Shown piece after piece: positions 1 to 9,350 of a stretch of 52,744 nucleotides of DNA (positions within the stretch are counted from its first letter, which is position 1; every line of letters begins with the position of its first letter). The position numbers and the translations under genes are program-made. The notes under the pieces are model-generated. The model saw only the letters and a list, made by a program, of their open reading frames with translations, was not told the DNA's origin and searched no databases. The stretch lies in contig CAYJOV010000003.1 of NCBI GenBank assembly GCA_964371905.1, positions 2,140 through 54,883 on the forward strand. The letters run 5' to 3'. This DNA comes from an uncultured Akkermansia sp. (GTDB taxonomy: Bacteria > Verrucomicrobiota > Verrucomicrobiia > Verrucomicrobiales > Akkermansiaceae).

Positions 1-1527
1 GTTGATCTGGCTGACGGGCAGCATGGCGTTGCTGGGGAGATCGTAGCTGCATGCGCCCAGCTCGTAGGAGGTGTCGCCGAGGCGTGCGAGTTGTTTCTCG
101 ATGCTTTCGGGGGTGAGGGGGTGGCGTTGGGCTTCTTGGAGGGCTTGCTCGCTCTTGAGGGTGATGCCTCGGCAGCTGAGACTGAGGGGGGTGCCTATCT
201 TGCCCGAGAGGTGGATGTCGAGCTGGTTGCCGCTTCCTTGCCTCTGGGGCTTGGGGCGGGGGAAGCCCGACCAGCTTTGCTGGAGTTGACGCTCCAGTGC
301 GGGGTCGGAGGTCTTCCAGACGAGTTGACCCTCCTCGACGCGTGACCAATCAATCTTGCTCGCCTTGCCGTGGAAGAAGAGCTGGAGTCCGTCCTGCTCA
401 GTCTTCCAGATGCGCCCGCCTTGTTCCTCATTGCGGTCTTCACCCGCATCAAGGACGAATCCGTCTCCCTTGGCGATGGGGATGTCGCTGTGCTCATCGA
501 GCTCGATGGCGCTGTAGCCGATGCGCGCGATGCGTCCGACGAGCGCGCCGCGTTTCTTGCCAAAGCGTCCATGCGTGAGCGCGGGATGATTACTGCCATC
601 AAGCCAGCCGGTGTAGAAGCCGCGCGAGAAGGTCATCTGCATGGCGTAGTGGTCTTGCTGCTTTTGCTGGAGCGCTTGCTGGGTGCTGAGCTGCGACTTG
701 CCCATGGCGGCATCCAGTGCGTGGCGATAGGCGCGTGTGGTGGCGGCGACGTAGGCGGGGCTTTTGAGGCGACCCTCGATTTTGAAGCTATGCACACCAG
801 CTGCGAGTAGCTCGCTGATGCGCTCCTGCGCGCAGAGGTCTTGGGGGGAGAAGAGGTAGCGCGTCTCGCCCATGTCGCGGAGGCGGCCATCGACTTCGAG
901 CTGGTAGGGCATGCGGCAGGCCTGCGCGCATTCACCGCGATTCGCGCTGCGCTGCCCGAGGCGTTCGCTGGTGAGGCATTGACCCGAGTAGGCGACGCAG
1001 AGTGCTCCGTGGCAGAAGACCTCGATGCGCTTGTCGGTGGCGGCTGCGCAGGCGGCGATGTCGCTGAGGGAGAGCTCGCGTGCGAGCACGATTTGCTCGG
1101 GCTGGAGCTGCTCCTCGACGAGGCGCAGAGCCTCGGGGGCGGTGAGCGTCATCTGGGTGGAGAGGTGGAGCTCAAAGTCCCAGTGACCGAGCCTTTTCTG
1201 CTCGGCGATGTAGGCGGCCAGCCCCATGTCTTGGATGATGACGGCGTCGACCTTTGCCTCATGGAGGCTCTGGAGGTAGCGCGCGGCCTCGTCGAGCTCG
1301 TGGGGGAAGATGAGGATATTCATCGTGACGTAGCCTCGCGCGCCATGGGCGTGGAGGTAGCCCATGAGGGTGGGCAGGTCGGCGAGCGTGAAGTTGTCGG
1401 CTCGCATGCGGGCGTTGAATTGATCGAGGCCAAAGTAGACCGCGTCTGCGCCATTGGCGAGGGCTGCGCGTACGCAGTCCCAGTTGCCAGCAGGGGCGAG
1501 GAGCTCGGGGGAGGGCTTGTTAGACAT
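1..1527 (-). CDS. U32-family protein (RlhA-like RNA hydroxylation protein, probable DUF3656 region), 3' end beyond window
   Basis: Not in the ORF track because it runs off the edge. Manual translation from ATG at 1527 gives MSNKPSPELLAPAGNWDCVRAALANGADAVYFG...HLSTQM...VLARELS...EVFCHGALCVAYSGQCLTS...SANRGECAQACR...FKIEGRLK, open to position 1. Confidence 0.9.
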   Translation of the reverse strand, partial: MSNKPSPELLAPAGNWDCVRAALANGADAVYFGLDQFNARMRADNFTLADLPTLMGYLHAHGARGYVTMNILIFPHELDEAARYLQSLHEAKVDAVIIQDMGLAAYIAEQKRLGHWDFELHLSTQMTLTAPEALRLVEEQLQPEQIVLARELSLSDIAACAAATDKRIEVFCHGALCVAYSGQCLTSERLGQRSANRGECAQACRMPYQLEVDGRLRDMGETRYLFSPQDLCAQERISELLAAGVHSFKIEGRLKSPAYVAATTRAYRHALDAAMGKSQLSTQQALQQKQQDHYAMQMTFSRGFYTGWLDGSNHPALTHGRFGKKRGALVGRIARIGYSAIELDEHSDIPIAKGDGFVLDAGEDRNEEQGGRIWKTEQDGLQLFFHGKASKIDWSRVEEGQLVWKTSDPALERQLQQSWSGFPRPKPQRQGSGNQLDIHLSGKIGTPLSLSCRGITLKSEQALQEAQRHPLTPESIEKQLARLGDTSYELGACSYDLPSNAMLPVSQIN

Positions 1528-1575
1528 AGAGGGGGAGGGAAAGGGGGAAGGGAAAAAAAGGGGGGGAGGGGTGTA

Positions 1576-2520
1576 TTAGTCTTGCTTGCCCTTGGGGTCG
1601 AGGGCGTCGCGTAGACCGTCTCCGAGGAAGTTCAACGCGATGAGGGTGAGCGAAAAGAAAATCGCGGGGAAGATGAGCAGCTGCGGGGCGATCTCCATGC
1701 GATCCGCGCCCTCCTTGATGAGCGTGCCCCACGAGGAATTGGGCGCCTTCACCCCCAGCCCGATGAAGGAGAGGGTGGACTCTGTCAGGATGATACCGGG
1801 GACGGCGAGCGTGGTGTAGACGATCACCGTGCCGAGGAGATTGGGCGCGATGTGACGCAGCAGGATGCGGAGATTAGACAGACCGAGGGAGCGAGCGGCG
1901 AGGACGTATTCTTGCGACTTGATCTCCATCGTCTGCGTGCGCACGATGCGAGCGAGCGTCAGCCAACCCAGCGCGCCGATGGCGATGAAGAGGGGGACGA
2001 GGCTCATGAGCGGGGCGACACTGGCCTGTGACCAGCCCGTGCTCGCGACCACCCACGCGGTGAGCTCGCGGCTGGGCTCCTCAATGCTCAGCGAGAAGAC
2101 GATGACGAGCACGATGAAGGGCAGGGCAAAGAGCACGTCGACCACGCGCATCATGATCGCATCGACGCGCCCGCCCACGTAGCCCGATACGAGACCATAG
2201 AGCAGACCAATGAGCAGCGAGACCGCGCTGGCGACGAGGGCGACGAGCAGCGAGATGCGCCCGCCGTAGAGGACGCGGGCAAAGAGGTCACGCCCCAGCT
2301 GGTCTGTGCCAAAGGGATGCTCCCATGAGGGGGACTCAGCGATGCGCGAGAGTTGCGTGACATTCGGATCTGCGACGAAGGAAAAGAGCGGCAGTGCGTA
2401 GCAGAGCAGCAGCATGAGCAGCAGCAGGGCGATGGAGAGCATGGCGGCGCGGTTGTCGCGCAGGCGTGCCATGGCTTCTTGGGCGGGGGAGCGTCCTTGT
2501 TGGAATGAGGGGGAGGGCAT
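1576..2520 (-). CDS. oppC: Oligopeptide ABC transporter permease OppC
   Basis: HPFGTDQLGRDLFARVLYGGRISL, EYVLAARSLG (EAA loop), LNFLGDGLRDALDP. Confidence 0.92.
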   Translation of the reverse strand: MPSPSFQQGRSPAQEAMARLRDNRAAMLSIALLLLMLLLCYALPLFSFVADPNVTQLSRIAESPSWEHPFGTDQLGRDLFARVLYGGRISLLVALVASAVSLLIGLLYGLVSGYVGGRVDAIMMRVVDVLFALPFIVLVIVFSLSIEEPSRELTAWVVASTGWSQASVAPLMSLVPLFIAIGALGWLTLARIVRTQTMEIKSQEYVLAARSLGLSNLRILLRHIAPNLLGTVIVYTTLAVPGIILTESTLSFIGLGVKAPNSSWGTLIKEGADRMEIAPQLLIFPAIFFSLTLIALNFLGDGLRDALDPKGKQD

Positions 2521-2547
2521 GATGAGGAAGGGAGGTGGCGACGGTTT

Positions 2548-3480
2548 TTAGGACTGCACCGCACTCTGGCGCATGCGTGGATTGATGAGGATGATGAGGA
2601 TGTCCACCGTGAGATTGGCCAGCACGATGAGAGAGCCGTAGCAGAGAACGAGGGCTTGGATGAGGAAGTAGTCGCGGTCCGTCGTCGCATTGATAAAGTG
2701 CGTGCCCATCCCCGGGACTTGGAAGCAGCTCTCGACGACGAAGGAGCCCGTGATGAGTGCCGCAAAGGCAGGGCCTAGGTAGGAGATGACAGGCATGAGT
2801 CCCCCACGCAGCGCATGCACAAAGAGCAGACGCGCGGTGCTCATCCCCTTCGCACGCGCGGTGCGTATGTAGTCCTCAGAGAGTACTTCAATCACACCGG
2901 TGCGCGTCAGGCGCGCGAGATACGCGCCCGTGATGAGCCCGAGGGTGAGGCTGGGCAGCACGGCGCAGAGCCAGTTGTCCCAGCCCGCGACGCTGAGACC
3001 GGGGACGTAGCGTCCCAGTGTCCCGCCTAGCAGTGGTGCAATGACGAAGGCGGGGAGGCAGATGCCCAAGAGCGCGAGAAACATGAGACCATAGTCAAGA
3101 GATTTCCTCTGGTAGTAGGCCGCAAGCATGCCCGAGGGGATGCCGATGAGGAGTGCGATGAGCATGCCGAGGCTGCCCACGAGCAGCGAGACGGGGAAGG
3201 CCTGCATGAGGATGTCGCTGACCTGCACGCCCTCCTTGATGAGTGACGGACCGAAGTCACCGTGGAAGATGATGTTGCTCAGGTAATCAAGGTACTGAGC
3301 AAAAGCACCCTGATCCATGCCGTAGAGACTCTGGAGCTGCTCCATGATGTGGGCGGGGAGCTTGCGCTCGCCGAGGAAGGGATTGCCAGGGAGGAGACGC
3401 ACGAGGAAGAAGGTGATGGTCACGAGGGTGAAGATCACGAATACCCCCTGAGCGAGGCGTTGAAGGATGAGCTTGATCAT
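2548..3480 (-). CDS. oppB: Oligopeptide ABC transporter permease OppB
   Basis: FFLVRLLPGNPF, GDFGPSL, DYIRTARAKG, GSFVVESCFQVPGMG, NPR C-terminus. Confidence 0.92.
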   Translation of the reverse strand: MIKLILQRLAQGVFVIFTLVTITFFLVRLLPGNPFLGERKLPAHIMEQLQSLYGMDQGAFAQYLDYLSNIIFHGDFGPSLIKEGVQVSDILMQAFPVSLLVGSLGMLIALLIGIPSGMLAAYYQRKSLDYGLMFLALLGICLPAFVIAPLLGGTLGRYVPGLSVAGWDNWLCAVLPSLTLGLITGAYLARLTRTGVIEVLSEDYIRTARAKGMSTARLLFVHALRGGLMPVISYLGPAFAALITGSFVVESCFQVPGMGTHFINATTDRDYFLIQALVLCYGSLIVLANLTVDILIILINPRMRQSAVQS

Positions 3481-5186
3481 AGTGAGGGCGCGCGGTGTGT
3501 GTGAGGCGTGTGGGTGAATTCGACGGCATCAAAAGGCTGCATCTCAAGCAGACAGGGGTAGAAGCCCCGCACGAGCGGCGAGACGAGGTAGGTGCGATGC
3601 CCCCAGTAGAGGGGGATGATGGGCTGCTGGCTGAGCATGAGGAGCTCCGCCTCTTCGAGCTGCTTCATGCGCTGCTCGCGGCTCACGCTGCGCTGGGCGG
3701 CGAGGAGGTGGGCATCGTAGGCATCAGACGCCCAGCCGGTGTTGTTGTTGCCCCCATGGCCCCGCCAGAGCTCGACAAAATTCGACGGATCGAGGAAGTC
3801 GCCACTCCATGAGGAGGAGGAGACCTCATAGTCGCCATTCTGCTGCGCGGCCTTGTAGGCCGTCCATTCATAGACGCGAATCTCTGCCTCGATACCGAGT
3901 GCTTGCTTCCAAAAGGCCTGAATCGTCTCGGCCATGATGCGCTGCACCTCGCGCGAGCTCGTCATGAGCTCGATTGTGGGGAAGGTTTTTCCCGCGCTCC
4001 CCTGCACCGCATAGCCCGCCTCGCGCAGCAGCTCGCGCGCGAGCTGCTCGCGCTGCGTTTGGGTGGCTGGCTGGGCAGCTAGGCGAGGGGAGAAGCCCGC
4101 GCTCGGCGGGGTGAATCCCATCGTCGCCTGCCCCGCCCCGCGCACCACCTGCTCGACGAGCGCGTCGCGATTGATGGCCAGTGAGAGGGCGCGGCGGACG
4201 CGCAGATCATTGAGGGGCGCGCGCGCCGTGTTGAGTCGGTAAAAGATACTATTATAATAGGGGGATTGGATGAACTGCTCGCCCCCGTGCTTCTTCGCGT
4301 AGGCTATCATTTCAGGCGGCACGTTGTTGGTGATATGCAGCTTGCCATCAAAGAACATGCGCGTCTCGGTAAAGCCATTGACAATGGGAAGGAAGCGCAC
4401 GCCGCGATTGCGCAGCTCCCCCTTGCGCCAGTAGGTCGGCGAGGCTGCAACCTCGAGAAAGTGATTGTAGCGATGCTCGCGTAGCACATAAGCTCCATTG
4501 CCCACCCAGTTTGGCACACGCGTCCAGCTGTTGCGGCGATTGAGCATGCCCCCGTGCGCCTCGACTTGATGCGCAGGAATGGGGAACCAAGTGTAGTGCA
4601 GCAGCAGCTCTAGCAGGTGTGGGGTCGGACCTACGAGTCTGAGCTCCAGCGTGCGATCGTCGAGAGCCTTCACGCCTACCTGCTTCCAGTCCTTCTCGCC
4701 TCGGTTGTACTCAGCTGCCCCTTCCAGAGGGTAGAGCATCTGCGCGTACTTCCCGCCGAATTCGGGATGAAGCAGACGCTGATACGCATAGACAAAGTCC
4801 TGCGCCCGCACAGGCTTCCCATCGCTCCAGCGTGCCGACTCGCGCAGTTGGAAGCGCCAGACACGCGCCGTCTCATCCGAGCTCCATGACTCGGCCACGG
4901 CGGGGTGTACCTGTGAGACATCCTGCGGGTCGGGGCGTACCAGCCCTTCTAGGAGCGTGGAGATGATGCGTCCGTCGGAGACGGCCGTGGCGAGATGGGG
5001 GTCGAGACTCTGGGGCTCAGAATTGTTGCCTACGAGCAGGATTCCTTGTTCGGCAAAGCGTTGTGCTGAGCTTTGCTCTTCTTGACAGCTGGGGAGTAGA
5101 ATCAACAAGCCCGCGAGTACCAAGACCCAACAGACAACAGAGCGATAACAAGACATGAGATAAGAGATAGGGGATGAAAGAGTCAT
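3477..5186 (-). CDS. oppA: Oligopeptide ABC transporter substrate-binding lipoprotein OppA
   Basis: Lipobox-like LLPSC, EPQSLDPH, ARWSDGKPVRAQDFVY, GNGAYVL, DLRVRRALSLAINR (family 5 SBP); start codon uncertain. Confidence 0.9.
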   Translation of the reverse strand: MTLSSPISYLMSCYRSVVCWVLVLAGLLILLPSCQEEQSSAQRFAEQGILLVGNNSEPQSLDPHLATAVSDGRIISTLLEGLVRPDPQDVSQVHPAVAESWSSDETARVWRFQLRESARWSDGKPVRAQDFVYAYQRLLHPEFGGKYAQMLYPLEGAAEYNRGEKDWKQVGVKALDDRTLELRLVGPTPHLLELLLHYTWFPIPAHQVEAHGGMLNRRNSWTRVPNWVGNGAYVLREHRYNHFLEVAASPTYWRKGELRNRGVRFLPIVNGFTETRMFFDGKLHITNNVPPEMIAYAKKHGGEQFIQSPYYNSIFYRLNTARAPLNDLRVRRALSLAINRDALVEQVVRGAGQATMGFTPPSAGFSPRLAAQPATQTQREQLARELLREAGYAVQGSAGKTFPTIELMTSSREVQRIMAETIQAFWKQALGIEAEIRVYEWTAYKAAQQNGDYEVSSSSWSGDFLDPSNFVELWRGHGGNNNTGWASDAYDAHLLAAQRSVSREQRMKQLEEAELLMLSQQPIIPLYWGHRTYLVSPLVRGFYPCLLEMQPFDAVEFTHTPHTHRAPSL

Positions 5187-5265
5187 TCAGGGGAGGGAAC
5201 GCTCGCGCGCCCTCATTCTACCATCACTGCTCGCGTCTATCAAGTCCGCACACGCCTAGGAAAGC

Positions 5266-5299
5266 AAAAAGCCTGCAAGTTGGACTTGCAGGCTTTTTT
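5266..5299. terminator. Intrinsic terminator downstream of tRNA-Tyr
   Basis: AAAAAGCCTGCAAGT-tgg-ACTTGCAGGCTTTTTT perfect hairpin flanked by A and T tracts. Confidence 0.85.
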
Positions 5300-5306
5300 A
5301 GGGTGA

Positions 5307-5389
5307 TGGGCAGAGAAGGATTCGAACCTTCGAAAGCAATAGCTAGCAGATTTACAGTCTGCCCCCTTTGACCGCTCGGGAATCTACCC
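5307..5389 (-). tRNA. tRNA-Tyr(GTA)
   Basis: Reverse complement GGGTAGATTCCCGAGCGGTCAAAGGGGGCAGACTGTAAATCTGC...GGTTCGAATCCTTCTCTGCCCA; long variable arm; CCA not encoded. Confidence 0.96.
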
Positions 5390-5423
5390 TTTTTGCGATC
5401 CACCGTTGGGTGGGTGCGGGGTC

Positions 5424-5452
5424 ATTATAGAGAAAGATCGATGATGTTGCAA
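5424..5452 (-). promoter_or_regulatory. sigma70 promoter of tRNA-Tyr
   Basis: TTGCAA-17 nt-TATAAT on the minus strand, with an A-rich upstream tract. Confidence 0.7.
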
Positions 5453-5724
5453 GCTTTTTTTTGCTATTTCGCGATTTTTTTCGAATTTAAATTCTGAAAT
5501 CTCTGTAATATGTTGATAGATAATGTTGTCGTATTTTGGAAGAAATGAGTATTTAGCCTCTCTCAGCACAGACCCTCGAGTAAACACGAGTTGAGCTCAT
5601 CATGAAGGCTCTTCTCAGGGGGTAGAAAAGAAAGGCGAGGGGGAAAATTGGAGCGACACTCCGCCAGAATTCTACCATGAGAATCTGATGGAGTGCATCA
5701 ATCATTGAGAACTATTGAAAGCAA

Positions 5725-6648
5725 TCAGGCGAACTCCCACCTCACGCGGCGGCGATACGTCACCCCTGCTGGCAATTCTATGCTAGGGAAGTGCGCGTGA
5801 TGAGGCGCATCAGGGTAGCTCTGAGGCTCAAGTGCTACCCCGCCGAAGGGGTCGGGCAGATAGTAACCCGTGTAGACCTGCAAGCCCGCAGCATCTGTCC
5901 ACAGTCGCAAGCGTCGTGCGCCAGCTCGTAGCTCCACCTGTGGTTCGCAATCTGATGGAGTGAGGCAATAGTTATCATCATAACCCAGAGGCAGTGATTT
6001 CCTCTCTCCCACGCGTGATGCGAGCAGGACAGGCTCACTGAGGTCATAGGGAGTGCCTGCGACAGGCGCAATCTCGCCTGTAGGGATATTCTCCATCATG
6101 GGCGTATACTGTTGTGCGGCGACGCGTAGCTCGTGCTGGAGCATATCGTTCTGCTGGCTGAGATTCCAGTAGGCATGATGGGTCAGATTAAGTAGGGTGA
6201 GCTGATCTGACTGAGCCTCTAGATCAAGGCAGAGGCTGTTGTCTACGAGGCTGTAGGTAGCAAGTAGTCGCAGCTCGCCAGGGTAGCCCTCATCGCCATC
6301 GGGTGAGACGAGGCTGAGCACCAAGGAGCTCTCGCTGTGCGACTTGACACACCATAGTTGATCAGAGAAGCCGCGCGACCCCCCATGCAGGTGATTGCTC
6401 CCATTATTAATAGCTAGTTGGAGATGGCGTCCATCACTGAGCGTGACACATCCATGCGCAATGCGATTGGCGACGCGTCCGCAGATAGCTCCGCAGTAGC
6501 AGCTATCTGCTAGCATCGCCTTGCTATCCTTGGGTCCGTAGAGCAGCTCTTCTCCGTGGAGTTGTACCGAGAGGAGGCGCGCTCCGTAGTCGCTGATGAT
6601 GACGCGGAGTTGATCGTGTTGCAAGGTCAAAAGTTGGGGAGGGGTCAT
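5725..6648 (-). CDS. galM: Aldose 1-epimerase (galactose mutarotase)
   Basis: GRVANRIA, HLHGG, DGDEGYPG, NLTHHAYWNL, GYDDNY, QVYTG, ALEPQ. Confidence 0.92.
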   Translation of the reverse strand: MTPPQLLTLQHDQLRVIISDYGARLLSVQLHGEELLYGPKDSKAMLADSCYCGAICGRVANRIAHGCVTLSDGRHLQLAINNGSNHLHGGSRGFSDQLWCVKSHSESSLVLSLVSPDGDEGYPGELRLLATYSLVDNSLCLDLEAQSDQLTLLNLTHHAYWNLSQQNDMLQHELRVAAQQYTPMMENIPTGEIAPVAGTPYDLSEPVLLASRVGERKSLPLGYDDNYCLTPSDCEPQVELRAGARRLRLWTDAAGLQVYTGYYLPDPFGGVALEPQSYPDAPHHAHFPSIELPAGVTYRRRVRWEFA

Positions 6649-6943
6649 AAAGAGGGATCTTTTCGAGTGACGTTTGATATAATCTGTGTGAGAAAAGGCG
6701 ATCTCAAGGGATGTCGTTTCTCAGCGCACGTGCATCGTTGCTTGAGTCGACTATTCATGCTGAGTTCGTATGCAGATAATAGCTTTTAAGAGTGAGATAA
6801 TTCAAGCTAAAAGTCAAGAAGCAATCCTTATACTAATGAATCTTCCTATACGCCGCAGAGCTATTCGAGAGCTTTCTTTGGCTTGCTTATAGTCAATTCG
6901 CGAAATTGAGCTTCAACAGGATGTCCTCCCTTGCGGCAGCATA

Positions 6944-6978
6944 AAAAAGCTCAAGAATGAATCATTCTTGAGCTTTTT
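6944..6978. terminator. Bidirectional intrinsic terminator
   Basis: AAAAAGCTCAAGAATGA-a-TCATTCTTGAGCTTTTT immediately after the stop of the 131-aa ORF. Confidence 0.8.
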
Positions 6979-6981
6979 GAG

Positions 6982-7377
6982 TTATATTTTTGAGATTGCA
7001 AATATCTTCGGTGTGTCCGGTGAGTGATTATCTTGCCCGTCAGGTATGATCACGATATTTTCTTCGCGATCTGCCAGAATGTTGAGATCTCTATCATCAA
7101 AGAGGCATAGTTTAAAAGTGTCTGCGAGCTGCATGACCTCAAGAAACGGCGGGAGTCGGAGCACCCCTTCTTCATTACGATGGAAAACAATCGAAATAAA
7201 GCGATCTAGCATAACTTGAGCTCGAGCCCAGCAATCAGAAACGATGCCGCGTTGAGCAAACATGGCACTAAAAAAAACACGCATGTCTTCCCATAGTGCC
7301 TCAAAGAGTTCAATCTCGACCTCTCGATGGAGGTAAAAGAGATCTTCTCTGAATTGGATGTATTTTTTGTTATTCAT
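6982..7377 (-). CDS. Hypothetical protein (AT-rich, 131 aa)
   Basis: ORF with upstream TTGACC-17-TAGCAT promoter-like sequence and its own terminator; no recognisable motif. Confidence 0.65.
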   Translation of the reverse strand: MNNKKYIQFREDLFYLHREVEIELFEALWEDMRVFFSAMFAQRGIVSDCWARAQVMLDRFISIVFHRNEEGVLRLPPFLEVMQLADTFKLCLFDDRDLNILADREENIVIIPDGQDNHSPDTPKIFAISKI

Positions 7378-7445
7378 GTGTAGGTGTTAAGAGGTGGTAA
7401 GTAGATGCTAGCACATGGGCTAAGCAAGGTCAATAGTGAAAACAA

Positions 7446-7477
7446 AAGCTCCAGTCCATCACGGGGCACTGGAGCTT
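7446..7477 (-). terminator. Terminator of rplI
   Basis: AAGCTCCAGT...ACTGGAGCTT hairpin followed by a T tract on the minus strand. Confidence 0.7.
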
Positions 7478-7500
7478 AGGAGAGACGATTTAAAGAACGC

Positions 7501-8022
7501 TTATTCAGCGATCGCGGTCTCAGATGCAGCAGCAGCGCTTTGCTCTGGCTTTTCAGTTTCAATGATTTCACCAATAACGGTGAGATTGACGCTGATTGTC
7601 GCTGCTACTTCGGGGTGCAGCTTGGCAATAATGTCATACTGCCCAGACTTTTTAAGGGGCTTCTCGAGCTCGATGCTGTGGCGGTTGATTTCGATGCCTT
7701 GAGCGGCGAGCGCGTCATGGATCTGCTGGTTGGTGATAGCTCCAAAGACCTTGCCTTGCTCACCTGCTTCCAGTGTGAGGGCGACAGACGTCTTGGCGAT
7801 CTGGGCGGCAATAGCTTGGAAGTTCGCGAGCTCAGCGGCTTCACGCTCTGCACGCTTCTTCTGGAGCATGCTGATGAAGCGCCTGTTGGCAGGTGTTGCT
7901 TCAAATGCAAGGCCCTGAGGGATGAGATAATTGCGGCCATAGCCGCCCTTGACCGTGACGAGGTCGGCTTCACAGCCCAGACCTTCGATCTTGGTCGCCA
8001 GAATAACTTTCATGTTTGCCAT
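7501..8022 (-). CDS. rplI: 50S ribosomal protein L9
   Basis: MKVILATKIEGLG...VTVKGGYGRNYLIPQGLA, GKVFGAITN, KLHPEV. Confidence 0.97.
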   Translation of the reverse strand: MANMKVILATKIEGLGCEADLVTVKGGYGRNYLIPQGLAFEATPANRRFISMLQKKRAEREAAELANFQAIAAQIAKTSVALTLEAGEQGKVFGAITNQQIHDALAAQGIEINRHSIELEKPLKKSGQYDIIAKLHPEVAATISVNLTVIGEIIETEKPEQSAAAASETAIAE

Positions 8023-8059
8023 AAATATATTTGGTGATTGAGGTTAAAAATGCGGGGCT

Positions 8060-8088
8060 AGTGTATTCAAATCATATTTAGAAGTCAA
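8060..8088 (-). promoter_or_regulatory. sigma70 promoter of rplI
   Basis: TTGACT-17 nt-TACACT on the minus strand. Confidence 0.6.
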
Positions 8089-8144
8089 GACTCTTTTTAA
8101 TCTAGGGGCTTGATTTATGCATCAAAAGAGGGCACTATAAGCTC

Positions 8145-8738
8145 ATGATTGCCTTTGTACGCGGAAAAGTAGTCGAGTCTCGCCCCCAATGTCTCATCCT
8201 CGATGTGCACGGCGTGGGCTACGAGCTCATCATCCCCCTGTCTACCTTTGACCATCTCAATCCCACAGAAGGTCAAGAGGTCACGTTGCGTACACATTTT
8301 CATGTGCGCGAGAGCATGCAGCTGCTTTACGGCTTTGCAACCGATGCCGAGCGTGATATCTTTCGCCTCTTGATTGATCGCGTCAGCGGTATTGGACCTG
8401 CGACCGCAATCTCCATCCTCAGTGGGCTTTCGCTCGATAGCTTTAAGGCAGCCGTCGCTGCGGGTGATGCGAGCTCTATCTCACGCGCGAAGGGGGTCGG
8501 AAAGAAGACCGCTGAGCGCATCGTCCTTGAATTGAAGGACAAGGTCGGTCTCGCGGCGACCTGGCAGGCGCAGCAGCAGGGCGCGACGTCACAAGCCGCT
8601 GCCGATGCCGAGCTCGCTCTTATCGCCCTCGGATTCAAGCAGGCTGACGCCCGTAAGGCCATTGCTGCCCATCTCAAGGAGACCCCCGAGGCTAGCACCG
8701 ATGAGCTCATTCGCTCGGCGCTGCGTCGCATGAGCTAA
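8145..8738 (+). CDS. ruvA: Holliday junction branch migration protein RuvA
   Basis: MIAFVRG, DVHGVGYE, LYGF, VSGIGP, GVGKKTAERIVLELKDK, ALIALGF. Confidence 0.97.
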   Translation: MIAFVRGKVVESRPQCLILDVHGVGYELIIPLSTFDHLNPTEGQEVTLRTHFHVRESMQLLYGFATDAERDIFRLLIDRVSGIGPATAISILSGLSLDSFKAAVAAGDASSISRAKGVGKKTAERIVLELKDKVGLAATWQAQQQGATSQAAADAELALIALGFKQADARKAIAAHLKETPEASTDELIRSALRRMS

Positions 8739-9350
8739 TCAGCCCCAGCGCAGAGCAAAGTCTATGTCTTCTAGACAGCATTGCTCCATAGCGAGCTCGC
8801 GCATCAGGGTGCGCAGGAGTAAAAGACAGGCGGCCGCGTCAAAGTGTGCATCATGCCAGCTCTTGGCAGGGACGCAAGCGCGCAGCTCCTTGCTGATGTC
8901 GAGTAGATCGCAAACATGCCCTAGACTATGATCCTTGAGATCTGGCAGGGCGCGTCGTACGAGCTTGAGCGTATCAAGCCATGGGCCAAAGCTGTGACCG
9001 GGGAAGCATTGTAAGAAGCGCCGCTCCGTGCCATCATTGTGCGCTACAAGCACCTGCCCCGCAAGACGCCTCTGGTACTCGGGCCAGAGCTTGACCATGG
9101 ACGGAGCGTTTTTCAAATCCTCTGTGCTGATGCCATGCACCTGCGCCGCCGCCCAGTGGATGGGCCTGTGGCAGGCAATGTAGCTCGTAAAATGCGTGAG
9201 CTCCCCATAGAGACCCACGCTGTTGACAATACCCACCTGCACGGGGGCATCATTCTCGCCGACGAAGACACCGGCTGATTCAAAGTCTATAGCTGCGTAG
9301 TTGAGCTCCACGAGAGGAAGCCTCGCGAGCTCCGCATGACTATCCATCAC
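8739..9350 (-). CDS. DEDDh 3'-5' exonuclease (DnaQ-like)
   Basis: AIDFESAG (ExoI), VHGI, VAHN (ExoII), WLDTL, HDAHFDA (ExoIII). Confidence 0.85.
   Translation of the reverse strand: MMDSHAELARLPLVELNYAAIDFESAGVFVGENDAPVQVGIVNSVGLYGELTHFTSYIACHRPIHWAAAQVHGISTEDLKNAPSMVKLWPEYQRRLAGQVLVAHNDGTERRFLQCFPGHSFGPWLDTLKLVRRALPDLKDHSLGHVCDLLDISKELRACVPAKSWHDAHFDAAACLLLLRTLMRELAMEQCCLEDIDFALRWG

Noticed and set aside
841..1614. 257-aa plus-strand ORF and other ORFs in 71-935
   Set aside because: Antisense shadows of the minus-strand U32 gene (1-1527), which carries clear family motifs.
1576..5186. opp operon lacking oppD/oppF ATPases
   Set aside because: ATPase genes are often unlinked; this cannot be judged from one window.
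5307..5389. tRNA-Tyr as a possible amber suppressor explaining the internal TAGs
   Set aside because: The anticodon is the normal GTA, not CTA.
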